Assembly (NCBI GenBank): GCA_021613535.1
Contig: CP075494.1
Coordinates: 11,656,001 to 11,720,000 of the forward strand
Source of the DNA: Adineta vaga
Taxonomy: Eukaryota > Animalia > Rotifera
Reading direction: 5' to 3'
Length of the DNA: 64,000 nt
In this document: positions 14,002 to 27,800 of the stretch, piece by piece
Position numbering within the stretch: the first letter of the stretch is position 1
Layout: every line of letters begins with the position of its first letter
Notes under the pieces: model-generated
What the model saw: the letters and a program-made list of their open reading frames with translations, nothing else
Told to the model about the DNA's origin: nothing
Databases searched by the model: none
Position numbers and translations under genes: made by a program

Positions 14002-15718
14002 TATATTTTCAAGTCAGATGTACATGAACAACAAAGAGTCTATTTTTCTTTTCGTATTCTTATCACTTATTTATATATATATATATGTTTTTTTTTCTGT
14101 TCGTATAATTGAAAGATTCTAATAGAATATAGTCAAACAAGAAAAGTCATTTTTTCATTAATAAAATCAATACATTTCAAATAATAGTTTTGATTAAATC
14201 AATTATATCGATCGTCATGTATAAACCATCTGTTTAAATTTTAAATAACGCCTATTGTCACAAAAAAATGATTAATATCCGATCATTTAACGTGATCATG
14301 ACTTGTCACAATCTTCTATGTATTTTTTTTTTCTATATAGATAAGAGTAAAAATTTGATAACAATCATGAAATAGAAAGTTTATCTATAGTATAATTATC
14401 AAAAATACAAATAAGGGAAGAATAATTTGTCGAAATATTTTCACTTCGATTAACTTAACACGATCAAGTTCAAGCATATCTCTATATGCGCGCGTTTATT
14501 TATCGTATAAAATTAACACCTAGAACGAGGGTTATATTCGCTTAGATGTTCATCATCTATAATTTTGATAGATTGTTATTGTCAAGGTTGAAATTGATCT
14601 TTTGTATTTTGATATCAAATCTTCACAATCGATTACTAAAGTGAGAAGAAAATATTTTATTAGTATGATAGTCTATCTTACATAAGTATGATAATTTCAT
14701 AAGAATGGTTATGATCACACTCTATTTAAATTGTTGTTCACTTTATTTCAACCATCTTCATGTACTTCTATGTATGAATCAACATATAACTTCTTATTGA
14801 TCTTATGAATTTCTTTTCGATGATATAGATCTTAATTTGCAATAAATAATACAATTCATCTTTCATATAACTCATCAAATTCAATGTCGCTATATTCACA
14901 AGTAAAAAATAGATCCGATGATGACACAATATTGTACAACAACTATTTAAATTTACATATAAAATACAAGATAGTAAAACATCTCATCGGTTTATGATGA
15001 CTGTGACTTGTTGAATAAGTATTCATTTTTTCTCACACGCAAATAAACAATTTCAACATCTTTTTTTCTATCTTTCTTCCTATATCATTTAGGACTATTG
15101 CTTACATATATTATGATGTATACACGGTATACAGACGAAAGTAAAGTGAAAAGAAAATTCTATGGTTCAGTGAACTCGACAGTTGAGCACACGAGTGGCT
15201 TACTTGATGATCATTTATTATTCTTCTTTCTTCGTATTCGACAATTAAAAATAGAGACTGGACAAACGAATGCTTTTTTTTCCTGTATATGCGATAATCG
15301 ACAAGACGTATCTTACTTAGCCATATATTTGTATAAGTATACATACATATACATATACATATTTTGAAAAAATCTCTCTTCTTTTCTGTCTGTTTAATAC
15401 AAAAGAAAGGAGAAGAAAAAAACATACGAGATCTCCTCTGTTCATCTATGTGTGACCATTAGATATATCTTATCTATCGTTGTCCTATAATTTTCTTCTA
15501 TTCAAAGTTAGTGAAGCAACAATACAATTGGGTTTCGTAGGCTGATCAATCATCTATACGTCTCGCCGCTGTTATTCATAGTCAGTCTCAACATTTAAGA
15601 AGTTCAAATTCATTGATGGTTAAGTGTTAAGTTATGAATAAAAGATATTCTTAACATTTCCACATCGTTACTTTTGACCTACAAAAAAAAACACAATAAA
15701 CATTGATATTTAATCAAA

Positions 15719-17882
15719 ATGTATCATCGTACAGTATCAACACGAATTTTAACATCGGTTGGCATTGGTCTACTGATATTTAGTTTGGTCTTTGGCTGGG
15801 TTGCTTTTTCTGTTCCAGATTGGCTGCAATTTTCTGAACGTGATGGATCAAAAGCTGAAATATCTCTTGATAATACTACACAAGTTTTTAAGAAATTCGG
15901 TTTGTGGTATAAATGTATCTTTTCTACGAGTGCAAATGATTTTATCTGTACATTATGGAATAGAGATACACCAAGTAGGAATGATTGAAATTCAATCTTT
16001 TTTTGTTTATTGTTTTTCAATTCAATAGGCTTCGTTCGAGTTGCTCAAGTACTTGTACCATTTGGTTTAGCATTAGGTTGTTTATCACTTCTATGCGCTT
16101 GTATTGGTTTTATGTGTCGACGTGCTTTCGTTACTACATTATTATTTGCAGCATTATTTGCATTCTTAAGTTGTAAGTATAGAATAAAAGCTTTCGTCAT
16201 ATTTTCTCCAATATCAATGAATAAATTCAATAATTTTAAGTGACAGATAAATCTCCGTAGATTCTTCTGATGATAGATTGTTCGATTCAGTTTTCACTAA
16301 CTATTATTGAAATGATATCTAGTTTATTTAATAAGTAGAATCGTACTTCTTCTTCGATGTCTTCGACAGAGTAAATCTGTTGAATTATTTCGATTTTCCT
16401 ATATTTAATTAAATGAAACGTGAGCTTTCTATTTATTCATTTATTTTAAGTTATATTCATTACAATTGGTGCGACTGTATTTGCCAATGAATCCTTAGTC
16501 TATGTTGAACGTTTGAAATTCCCCGATAATGACAATCCTCGTCGATGGGGCATGTGGTTATTAATACCCAATCTTGTCTTGTCATTTCTAACTTCACTCT
16601 GTTTTATTATTGCATCAATATTGAATTGGTGTGATTATCGTAGTATGCAAGTAACAGGAATTTTCAGTCATAGTGGCGATAAATATAATGGTAGTGTTTG
16701 TAAAATACCTTCAGATAGGTAAGTTTTCAATATGATAAATCAGAATGAGAGAGAAAAAAACATGTAATTTTATTATTCAATAGTAATACGACAACAGCTG
16801 TGAAACAACCATTTCAATATCAAGATTATCCAAATGCTTGCTATCAAATCAATGGTTTGAATCATCCTCAACAAAATCCTATGGGTTATCCTCCACCACC
16901 AACGTATCCTGGCGCAATTAATCCCGCCTATCAACAAGCCCCTCCTAGTTTATTTGGTTATTCTCGACCAGGTAGTCCAACAATGTATCCAAATTCGAAT
17001 GTAAGTTATGTTTGATGGAAGCCGTGTTTCGTTCATCATTTGTTATCTAGTTTGATCCTTGTCATTCTCGTCATTTTATGACTGAAGTAAGTTTTTTCTT
17101 ATTCATTCTCTTTTTTTTCCAAAATTTGAAAACTTATTTCATAGAATTCCGAGTTTGATGATTGTCCGCATGCTAGTCGCTCACATCATCGATCGCGTTC
17201 TCATTCTCGTTCTCGACATCGTTCAAGAAATCGATCAAGATCGTACAGTCCATATGAAACTTCAATGCCTGTTGATAATACACCACAACCAACACAATTT
17301 GTTCCCATACCAGTTCCATATTATCAGCATCAACCACAAGCAACAACACAAGTCAAACCACCAACATTACAAACACCAAACGCACCAACAAATAATACTT
17401 CCCAATCGATGCCATACGTTTTACCGCAAACCAACAATCAACAATTTGTCGAAAACAATTCTCAATCAATGGTAAGATGATTCCTTGTACTCTTTTATTT
17501 ACTATCAATATTCACATTTAGATGAAACCGGCCAATGTATTAAAATACAATATCGGACAACAGCCAATGTTAGTACAGAACTCCACTCAACCCGTTTATA
17601 CCATAGCCTATCGAACAAATAATGGTAATAATGTTATGGGATCAAATATTATCGCTGGACCAGCAGCGACAACATATGTTACAGCAACACGAAATTCTGC
17701 AGGCGATTTCGAAATTAGTTCACTGAATAGTGATTCAGATAATGAACAGAAAACATATCCAGCAACAGCAAGACGAAAACATCTTAAAAAGGTTCTTATA
17801 TAATAATGATTTATGGTTTTCATACATGTATTTATTTTAGATAAGCATAAATGAAACTTGGGCGTGGCGTAAAATGCGATAA
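15719..17882 (+). CDS. Claudin/PMP22/EMP-superfamily tetraspan protein with a long Pro/Gln/RS-rich cytoplasmic tail
   Basis: TM1 is followed by the W...GLW-x-C...C signature (PDWLQ...KFGLWYKCIF...FICTLW), and three more hydrophobic helices follow in spliced exons. Exons continue in frame to ISINETWAWRKMR* (17880-17882). Confidence 0.8.
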
Positions 17883-18679
17883 CAATTTCTAAACAAGTTA
17901 TGTTTGTATGATGTTACTTTTCTGTCTTTCATTTTCTTTTTTTTTATTCGTTTTTTTGTTATCTGTTCTCATTCAGTTTGTTCTTCTTCTTCATTTTTAC
18001 AATAGCTAGAATAATAGAATAATTGTAATATCATGAAATCTTGTGATAAAATACACGTGAAAAAAAGAAAATCAAATTTTCTATTCGAATCGATCAAAAT
18101 CAGGCAGCAATGAAGATTTGTAGAGTTTTAACTCATTACGTGTGAAATCATTATTGTTCATCTATCAAATTCTGATTATGAAAATCAACGATTAGACTAA
18201 ATTCAGTCAAATGTCGTTTAAATATTTCGATAAGATATAAATTTTGACAACTTTTCAACCGAAAAGAATTACATAAAATTTATCGAATCATCAAATCTTT
18301 TCATGTCTCTATTATAAAATCATATTTGACGGGTCAAATTACTCTCAACAAAAACAACGTTGAAGTTTAGTAAAAGTTAAACATTTACAAATTAACTAAA
18401 TTCTTATTACGTTATGCATATTTCGTGAAGAAAATTACCTTGTATTTATTCTATCTACACAGATTTTTTTTATCGTCTATTTTTCTCTCAATAACAAAAA
18501 CAAATACATTTCAATTTCATTCTATTAAATTGATATTTTTTTAGCCAACAGAAATTATTTATTTTTGCATAGTTTAAAAGATGAAATACAAATCATTGAA
18601 TTAATAGAATATAATCAATAGATATACACCGGATTATGAAAAAAAAGATGATTCATTCTTGTATATGAAATAATTGCAT

Positions 18680-20376
18680 TTAAAAATAAGTATTGGAAGG
18701 CCATTGCTGAGTTGGATTATTTGATTTTGTCTACAGATAAGATAGAAATAACAGGTCAAAGCATATAGCAAACTACTGACTTTCAATTGCGAATTATTGA
18801 TTGGAGAAGTTGATGAAGGATTTTGTACTGACACGTTCATATCCATGAAAAAATTATTGAAATCTAAGAGAAAGGAATTTTGTGAGATTTTTTCAATTTA
18901 AATTCTTTTATGTACCTGTTGAATCTGAAAAAAGTATGTCGTCAGAAAAATCTGAGGATCCAGCAAATAGTTCATTCGAACTATGATATCCTAAAATAGA
19001 CAAATACATGTTATTATTTTATGAAAGAAATTCGAATATGCAAATTATTCTTTGATAAAGGATCAATTTTTATATGACAAGTGCGAAGGAGATGTGATTA
19101 TCTATGATATGAAAGTACTTACCAGTACTAAGTCCACTATCCGTACTATCGTAGCGTTTAGAAGGATGTAGATCATCGAAAAACGATTGAACAGTAGTTT
19201 GATTGGTCATTATTGAATTATTAGTTGGATGGATACCATTGATTTTTTTTCGTAAATCAGCTTCCTAAAGAGAATAAAACGTAGATTATTTCTACATATG
19301 AAAATAATGAATAGAAATGGATACTATCACAATTGAAAATAACAATAAGAAAAGCATATCTATCCTTACCATTGATTATCTATACTGAATTATTTATACA
19401 AGAATAACATATTTGAAATTACTAAAACATAAAATAAAAAAGTATCTTACTAATTTCTCCAGTTCTTGAGTACGTTGTTGTAATACTTGTCGTTCCTTTG
19501 CAATAGTAAGCAGTTTCTCTGCAAGATTTTCATCTGATTGAGACGGTGCTATTGATGGAACATCAAATCGTTTGGTCATTAATGAACGATAATGAGCTAT
19601 AATTATAATGTCAGTTTGTTTAATGAGACTCAGAAGCAAATGAAAATTTACTTAGTCTCGGATCATTAGAAGAAGTTTGTTTAGTTTTTTGATTAATAAA
19701 ATAAATACGATCATTGAAATCAGTTTTTTTAACATAACCCTCGGGTAATGGAAGTGATGCACAATATGACTGGAATGCTGCGTAATGATTTGGACGAGGA
19801 TCGGTCCACGTTGTACCTCGAGTGATATGGCTAAGAGAAAATGTGAAATATTATTATTGCCAATAAAAGATTCTTTCTTTTGATGTTTATATAAATGAAA
19901 AATACGTTAGCTTTTTATAGGATGAAGTATCGATGACGATGGAATTACTATTGCTAACTAATCTAATGTTTTTTTGTTATGTATGATATATCTTACTCAA
20001 CATAATATGTTTGCCCATCGTGTGTTTGTTTTTCTTCCCATCCGTCTGGTAAAGGAAGCGGTGTCGATGGCGTATTATTCTGTGATAGACTTGGATTCAT
20101 TACCATTTGTACATCAAGTGGTGTACCCTCACTGACCGTTCTCGAATGTAATGGTGTTCCTGATGAATTCCATTGATTTTTTGTATGTTGACCATGTCTA
20201 ATTTTACTTTTATATTCTGTCTGTGGTTGTCGATAGAATGATGCAGGTAAACTTCGTTCACTATACGGTTTTGATGTTGTTCCATTTCGACTATTCGAAC
20301 GAATGAACAGGGAATTCATTTCTAATCGACTTTGATCAGCATCAATAATGTACGATGAACTACCACTGCTGCTCAT
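18680..20376 (-). CDS. yki: Yorkie/YAP-like Hippo pathway co-activator
   Basis: TEAD-binding-like segment (LEMNSLF...YSERSLPASFYRQP), HxRxxS site HSRTVS, WW1 [31 protein letters not shown], a degenerate WW2, coiled coil (LLTIAKERQVLQQRTQELEKL) and DSTDSGLS degron. About 7 exons, ending WPSNTYF*. Confidence 0.88.
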
Positions 20377-20585
20377 TGATGATTAAGAATAAGGACAAGT
20401 ACACTCACTCACACCACACGCTCTTTTCTTCTCTTTTATTATATCTGAATAGGTAGTGACGATGAAAGTCATCGCAGACATACATTCTTTCTTTTTTTTC
20501 GGGTATGATTAGCGCAAGAATTATAACCAATGAAAGAAAAGAGGATAGTTACTTAGAGACATGACTTTCATTTCATTTCAAGAGA
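20377..20585. promoter_or_regulatory. Putative bidirectional promoter between yki/YAP (-) and CCDC103 (+)
   Basis: The head-to-head start codons are only 209 bp apart. Confidence 0.6.
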
Positions 20586-21251
20586 ATGTCCAAACAAATG
20601 AAGAAACCCATCGATTTAAGAAAATTAGCAAAGAATTTTTCCGACGAAAAATCCAAAGAAGATCGACATTGGCAAAGAAATGATGCGAAATTTCGTGCTG
20701 TTCATCAACGATGTTCAACATATGATCAATTTCGACAAATTGTAGAAGCATCACATTTACGTCCACTTGATCGAAATGAAACATTAACTTTAGAACGAAG
20801 ACCAATTTCTTGGAATCAACCATCTACAAAATGCTCTTCTTCGGATGTTTCGATTCATTCAGAATCAACACCAGTTTATCAACAAATAACATTATCCACA
20901 CCGAAAAATATCACTGAGTTTATTCAACAATGGCGACGTATGGAAGATAATATGAAACTTGAGTATTTATGTCGAGTAAATAACTTTGAACATCTCTTTC
21001 AAACAGATATTCCAGCAGATTTATTACATGAATTACCTTTACTATATCAATTAGATTCATCAGAGAAGAATGCAGTACTTATCGTCGATGTTCTGTTAAA
21101 TTTGAGTAAATCAAAACGTTTTGAACTAATCAAAAGTTTTCTCACAGAAAAAGATAAATATGAAATTGATCTTTTCTTTTCACGAATTTGTTCATTTGTT
21201 CATTTACGTTTTTCTGTCTTTTTATTAAAAGAAATGTATCTTTCCAACTAA
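20586..21251 (+). CDS. CCDC103: CCDC103/DNAAF19 dynein attachment factor (single exon)
   Basis: RNDAKFRAVHQRCSTYDQFRQIVEASHLRPL matches the CCDC103 N-terminal motif. The C-terminal region is RPAP3_C-like (EFIQQWRR...LFQTDIP...LSKSKRFEL). Confidence 0.88.
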   Translation: MSKQMKKPIDLRKLAKNFSDEKSKEDRHWQRNDAKFRAVHQRCSTYDQFRQIVEASHLRPLDRNETLTLERRPISWNQPSTKCSSSDVSIHSESTPVYQQITLSTPKNITEFIQQWRRMEDNMKLEYLCRVNNFEHLFQTDIPADLLHELPLLYQLDSSEKNAVLIVDVLLNLSKSKRFELIKSFLTEKDKYEIDLFFSRICSFVHLRFSVFLLKEMYLSN

Positions 21252-22269
21252 TGTTATAACTTATTAAAATATTCATTCAATGAAGTGTTTCTCAGAGTCA
21301 TTTTTATTTTCTGAAGATTTGTGACAAAGTAATACAAAGATTTACCAATCTCGAAAGAAGAAATAGATCGATATGCTTAGTTTTCATTTTGTATATGTTT
21401 TTTGTAATGCGTAAAAACACTTCTTCTCTTTTATGGATCAATAGGTGCGAATACTCATAGTACGAGGACGTTTTCGTCCATTCGCATCTGATTCTTTGGA
21501 GAAAGCATATTTCATCGAAGTTCATCTAACAAATGCAAAATTTAGTTGTATATATTCTAGAAGTGACTTCCTTACAAAATACATATGTTAATCAAACTGT
21601 ACTCGATTTTACAAGTGACATTGTTATCAGACATTGATTAGCCAAGAAAATCGAATACTTAGTAGTACTTTCTAAGATGTCTTCATACTTTCATATTTGC
21701 ATTATTATAAGACAGAGGCTTATGATTTGTAATAACGACGCAATTCTATCCTTCTATATGTGATGATTAATACTGATAAGTATATGCAGTATACTTATTT
21801 TAATACTCTGGTATTAGTATAATACCAAGCTGAATCAAAGCTTTACGAAAAAAAGAATGTAACTCATGATTCTAAAACTATATATCTTATGAATGTTCTT
21901 ATTACAGCGGAAAGAATTTTTTCTATTGCTTAAGAAAATAAATCAAAAGAAATTCTAATAATATTTGATATTATTTTACATACTATTATCATTCATCGGA
22001 ATGATTAGTCGGCTCACTTCTTTTGAAAAGTCCGGATATCATTATCAACTATTCTTGGTTTTTTTTTCTGTTTTATTTTAAATCAAACTTTAGTCGATGA
22101 ATTGTGCACGTTGTTAATAACAAATGTAGGACGATGATTGCAATTACATAGTTTTTAAATTTACAAAAATAAAATCATACAATGGAAATAGAACTTCAAA
22201 TTTTATTCTTTTTGAAATTTTTGTCAACAATTTTTTTTGTTTATCTGACTAATAAATAGATTGAAATAT

Positions 22270-23195
22270 TTAAGAAATAGTTGTTGACGTTGAAGTTTCA
22301 CTTGTTGGTTGATTTAAACTTTTATCCAACTGTAGCAATGTATCCAAAGTTGATGAAATTGATTTGGGATCAACAACAATAAACGTTGAATCTAGAAGAA
22401 AATTTTACTTGACATTTTGTCATGAAAAGAACATAGGTTTTACTTGTCTGAGTCGTTTGCGGTAGTTTATAATTTAACCAATAGGTTTCTGTGGAATTTG
22501 GATTTTGATAACGAATACCAGATAAACTACGATTGATATCCGTTAAAAAAGTCTGCGCACGAGATTGAAATTGATTTAGACATGTTACGGATGTACAACT
22601 CTTACTACTGATAACATTTAATTCAAATGAAATACTCAATAATTTCGATGATTGTCGCCGTTTTCTCCTCGATTGGACAGATGATGATGTATTAATTTCT
22701 ACAATGGAACCAGTCATTGTTGAATCTGTTTGAATCAATGATGTCAATGCTGCTTGTAAGTTTCGTCGATTACTTAAATCCGAAATAATAGTCTGAGAAT
22801 TAAAATTATCACCTGGGGATTGAAATCGAAGATTATAATTACTCATTGAAACTTCTAAATTTTAAAGATAAGAAAAAGACATAGCATTCGAAATCTATTT
22901 TGATTGAATCAAACATGAACGATACTTACTTGGCACTTGAACATTACTACTGGAGGATGTTGAATTTTGAGATATATAAAGAGGAATTAATGAAAGTACA
23001 ACAATAATAATTAAAACAAAGCCAACAGTAAAGAGTATGCCTAACGTTTTTATTGATCGTGTATATGGATCGATCCGTCTAGAGAAGATGAAACAAGTAG
23101 GAGATGATCAATAATAAAATTCATATCCTATCCCAATACCTCGCATTATTTGTCATTGGTTGCCAATTTTGACCGTATCCTGCATCTTGATACAT
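22270..23195 (-). CDS. Orphan type II single-pass membrane protein with a furin-like RRKRR site (4 exons)
   Basis: Exons splice in frame: MYQDAGYGQNWQPMTNNAR|RIDPYTRSIKTLGILFTVGFVLIIIVVLSLIPLYISQ...|KVSMSNYN...SRRKRRQ...CTSVTC...|...TSTTIS*. Confidence 0.72.
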
Positions 23196-24525
23196 ATTCT
23201 TCTTTTTTTTTCACAAAAAAAAACTAACTACAACACTTGATTGATTGTAATAAATCGGTAGAAAAAGAATATGGGTAGGAAACAGAATGGTCGTTTAACT
23301 AAACAAGCATGTGCGTTATCACGAAAAATAAATGTCTCTGAATGGTAGCTCTTCTCTATGAATCATGAGATGGTTACACCTGAATGATTACCAAGGCAAA
23401 TTAAAGCAAATATATATATGTATAAAAAGAGAATGTGAGAGAAAAAAAACGTTTTATTGATTCAAATAACCAATGTAGACATCGTATTTTTATGACGAAA
23501 TTATTCGCATAGTTTGACGTCGGAATGTTTTAACAAAACTTTCGCGTTGACAAGCTTTTCCGAATCAATATTTATCCAATAAGATTGAAATCAGATATAT
23601 TCATATGATATATTAAAGTACAAAGACGCAAAAGTTTATCAATATGATTGGGAATTCTTTTGAAAATTATTATTGAACAAAGAATATTTGAATTAAACTA
23701 ATCATAAGCAAGACTTGAATGCTTTCATGCTTATCTTTATCTTCTTACAGATTAGAAAAAAAAACAATACAAAAATATTATAATAATTAGACAATAGTCA
23801 CGAAACAATTTGATCAATATTGTTTTCGTTAATACAAAAGCGAAGAACAGGAAAGCATATATTTATTGTTAAAATATTCTATATATATTTTTATAAAAAC
23901 AAAGTTTTATTTACAATAGTCAGTTTACTAAGCTTTTTGTTTGTCTGTTGTGCTTTTTTCTATTCATTTTTATGATCTCGTTTTCTTGTTCATGGCTCGT
24001 CAATGAAATAAAAAACCGAGAGAAAGAGAGAGAGAAAAAAAGAAAACGGAAGCTGCTGTCAGTTCAATAAAAGATCTATTCTTCATTTCTTTCTTCTTCA
24101 TCGTCTTCGTCGTCGTTCTCTTCATGTAAATATATATATTTCTTTTTCTTCGATTTTATTACACATATAACAAAAAGAAGAAGAAGAAGCCGAAGAAACA
24201 AATGGAACTACTCGGATAGAACAACGCCGATACATACGATCCAAACAACGAAAAGAACAAGAACATCTAAAAGAGTGTTAGACCATATTACGCTTTACTC
24301 CCTTTCCTTAGTTGTCATCAACGATCAAGATTCTATTCTATGATAAATATATATTCGGACACGTAAACATCAACAGTATTGATTTAATAAAATTTCTCTC
24401 TCTCTCGCTTCCCCTTGTTCACTTCCTCAGACAACGTTCGAGTTCAAGAATATGATACAATTATTAAAAAACAACCAAACAAATTTCTTACTAAACAATC
24501 ATCATATCAGTCTAACGAAAGTCAT

Positions 24526-24885
24526 ATGAAACTCGAGGATACAATGAATGAACAACAACAACAACAACAACAACAACAAGGACGACATATGTTCGATAAC
24601 AGTACAAAGTTACTTACTTTGATCGCTTCATCAACGACTCCATCACCCGTTCGTACACGTAGCGTTGTCAATGCTATTTATATTGCAGGAATTGTTTTCA
24701 TGATAATCGTTTTTCTTTTGTTACTTTGGATTAATTTATGCAGTCGACGATGTTGGTGCTGGCATGATACACCTCTAATTAATCGATTTCATCGTCAATG
24801 GTCAATTAAACAGTCGATGGTTCGAAATACTGATATAACATCTAGCGAAAATCCCCGAGAACGAAAATCACCTGGTAATAATTAA
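24526..24885 (+). CDS. Small single-pass membrane protein with poly-Q (119 aa), unknown function
   Basis: First ATG of ORF 24415..24885. One strong hydrophobic segment (AIYIAGIVFMIIVFLLLLWINL) is followed by a Cys/basic juxtamembrane motif CSRRCWCW. Confidence 0.55.
   Translation: MKLEDTMNEQQQQQQQQQGRHMFDNSTKLLTLIASSTTPSPVRTRSVVNAIYIAGIVFMIIVFLLLLWINLCSRRCWCWHDTPLINRFHRQWSIKQSMVRNTDITSSENPRERKSPGNN
24553..24579 (+). repeat. (CAA)9 microsatellite encoding poly-Gln
   Basis: Direct reading of the sequence. Confidence 0.9.
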
Positions 24886-27800
24886 GATTTCTTTATAATT
24901 AACTCAGATAACATTATTATTCGTCGTTGACTGATGTATTCTTCGTTTTTGTTGTGTTTTTATTGTCATATTGATCATGTTCACTAGTGTTGGTCCAGAT
25001 AGTAAGAAAAAATTTTTCTCGTCATTATTTTCCTATTTAACTCTTTCGACATAATGAAATACAATACTTACATTCACAGTAGATCTGAACTTGTTGGAAA
25101 ATAATGATTACATTGAGCGAAGAAATATCACACAATTTACAATTAGCACAATCATTTCATAGCATGCAACGATCGATGATAATTCTCTATCAACTCAACT
25201 GAATACATTCTTAATGATGAAGAATAATTTGGAAGATAATCACAACTAAATTACTTGAGAAAAGTCAAGATGATTCTTTAATAATCAGTTGTATCATATA
25301 TATTTTCTAGTTGTAGTTTTCATGTCATAGTGATATCTTTTTGAAAGATTGTTGTCTATTCAAGTTGTCAATGAATAGCGTGCAAATTTTCTAGTTGAAA
25401 TACTGTTGAACAAAGGAGAAGTTTAAAAATAGACTTGATTATTATAATCACGTCAATTATTGAAAACGCGAGAAGATTAATGTAATAAGAATCTTCTATG
25501 AAGAGAAGCAACAAACAATGATTATATAATTTCGTATTTGATTCAATAATGAATTCTTTTTGTCTGAAAATCAATGCATTGAAACTGATTGTGATCAATT
25601 GTTGTCATTTTTCACGATAGTTTATTACCATTCAACCCTAGTCATCAATTGAAATACTGACTTAGACATACGTAAAACACAATATTCTAATCAATCTTAA
25701 GATCAAACTGAATTCTTTCGTTTATTACCATCTCAATTTCACCGTTACATGTTCTTGTAACATGAATATTCTACATAGTTTTTTGATATTCCTTGCCCGG
25801 AAGGATATTAATTAGTATTCTATTACTAATACTTATTTGGTAATTTTCAAATTTGAAATTTATAAAAAACTTGATAGATAATTGTTTACTATCTTGAAAT
25901 ATTGCCAAATCAAAATCATAAAATAGATTTATAATCAAATATCGTAGACAAACAGATGTTCACTCATAATATAAATACGTTTTATCTCTGATCTATTTTG
26001 ATTTTGATAACAACAAAAATCTAACGACCATCCAATAAATTTTACTGTTGGTTGTTATCACTCATAAGAATTATTGATAATATTTATATGATTTTATGAC
26101 AAGTTATAGACATTTTGTAGATTGACATATGATTCAGTTCATATGGTGATAGTCATAGAGTACGATGAGATAACCAGTCTTTGTTTTTCTTTATGAAAAA
26201 GAATTTCAGAAAATCATCTGATCATAATAGTAGGTTTTTAGACTATATATTGTTTATTTTTTGGTCAAGATCAATGATGGAAAGAAGTCAAAAACAAATA
26301 AACAGATCGATCAAATATGGATATGAGAATCAGATGTCAGCTTCTTTGTTTAGCAAACGCATATAAGTCGTTTATCAAGGCTCAAAACTTATTTATTTGA
26401 TTTGTGTTCTATATTATATTGAAAAATCTGATCTTTGACGGTGCCGTTCTTTTTCTCTCGCTATAATTTCCATGTTTAGTTATAAATCAACCGAAATTGA
26501 CAATTCTGTCAGTTTTTTTCTTGCTTCTGCTAGTTTATTATGTTTTCTTTCAATGAAAACATCAATCTGGAATGATTTCAGCATTATGGAATAAGTGATG
26601 ATGGCTGTATATCAAACCATTACTAGCAATGCCTCACTGATATTACTGTCAGTCGTTTTGCTTCCTCTTCTTATTGCCTTTTGACAGATTATCCTTGAAT
26701 CATAGAGTAATCATAATAATCATTCTATTTGTTCATGGTTTCTTTCTTCACTATTCAACTTAAAGATTATTTTTAGCAAATTTTAAGGTAATTCAGTACA
26801 CATAAATATCTACTGATGATATATTTCATATTCAAAGCTAGTTTTTGATCAATATTTTGTTTGAGAAAGATTTTTATCATGCAGAGAAAATTGTAACAAA
26901 ACAATTCCTACTCTATTTGTTAATTCAATGTCGATCTTCATCGAGCATGCATTGTCAATCATACATATTGAATTAGAAAGCAAAAGGCGAAGAATTAGTC
27001 CAAGAAAAAGGGCAATTTTTCATTAAATATTGACTATGATTTAGATCGTTAAGGTTATATATATTTATACATATTGATGATATCTGATTTCTATGTAAAT
27101 CAGTTTGTTTATCAATATGTCATTATTTAGTTTAACTCCGATTGTCGTTTCTAACAGCGAAGAAAATAAAGAAAAATAGTCTTTTCTTTACATATACATT
27201 TGATGTAAGTGTATAGGTTATATACATCAGCACATAAGATTTTTTTTCAGGGTGACTGTCATCGATTTATTATGACATTTCTTCTGTCTATTTCGTCGTC
27301 GTCATTTTCTTTCCGTTTACTCGGAAGATATATGTATAAGAAACTGTAGTTGTACTGTTTTGTTAGGAAATAAAGATAAAGATTTTGAAAAAAGAATCAC
27401 AAGATCGGCGAAATTTTAACGTATATTTTTCTCGTCATGAATTAGAAAGATCATTTAATAAACATTAATAATGTACGTATGTCACTTTTTTTTTCCTCAC
27501 TTCAAGAAAACCAATTGACTTTGTTCTAGATAGGTCACGAAGCTTGAGTGCAATGAAAGAGAGGGAGAGAGAGAGAAATTCTTGAAAATCGCTTCATAGA
27601 ATGAATGTATATAGAACTAGTAGAAGAAATTCAATGTAGGAGAGCGAACAATTTTCTCAGCGATGTCATTAATGTCTTTTATTACCTCCTACAGATATTA
27701 TTATCAGTAATACACGTATAGAGTTTCTTCATTTATTATTACCTTTTTGAATCGTGACTGATTTACCTTATTTTTTTTCCAATGACAAGAAAAGAGTCCG

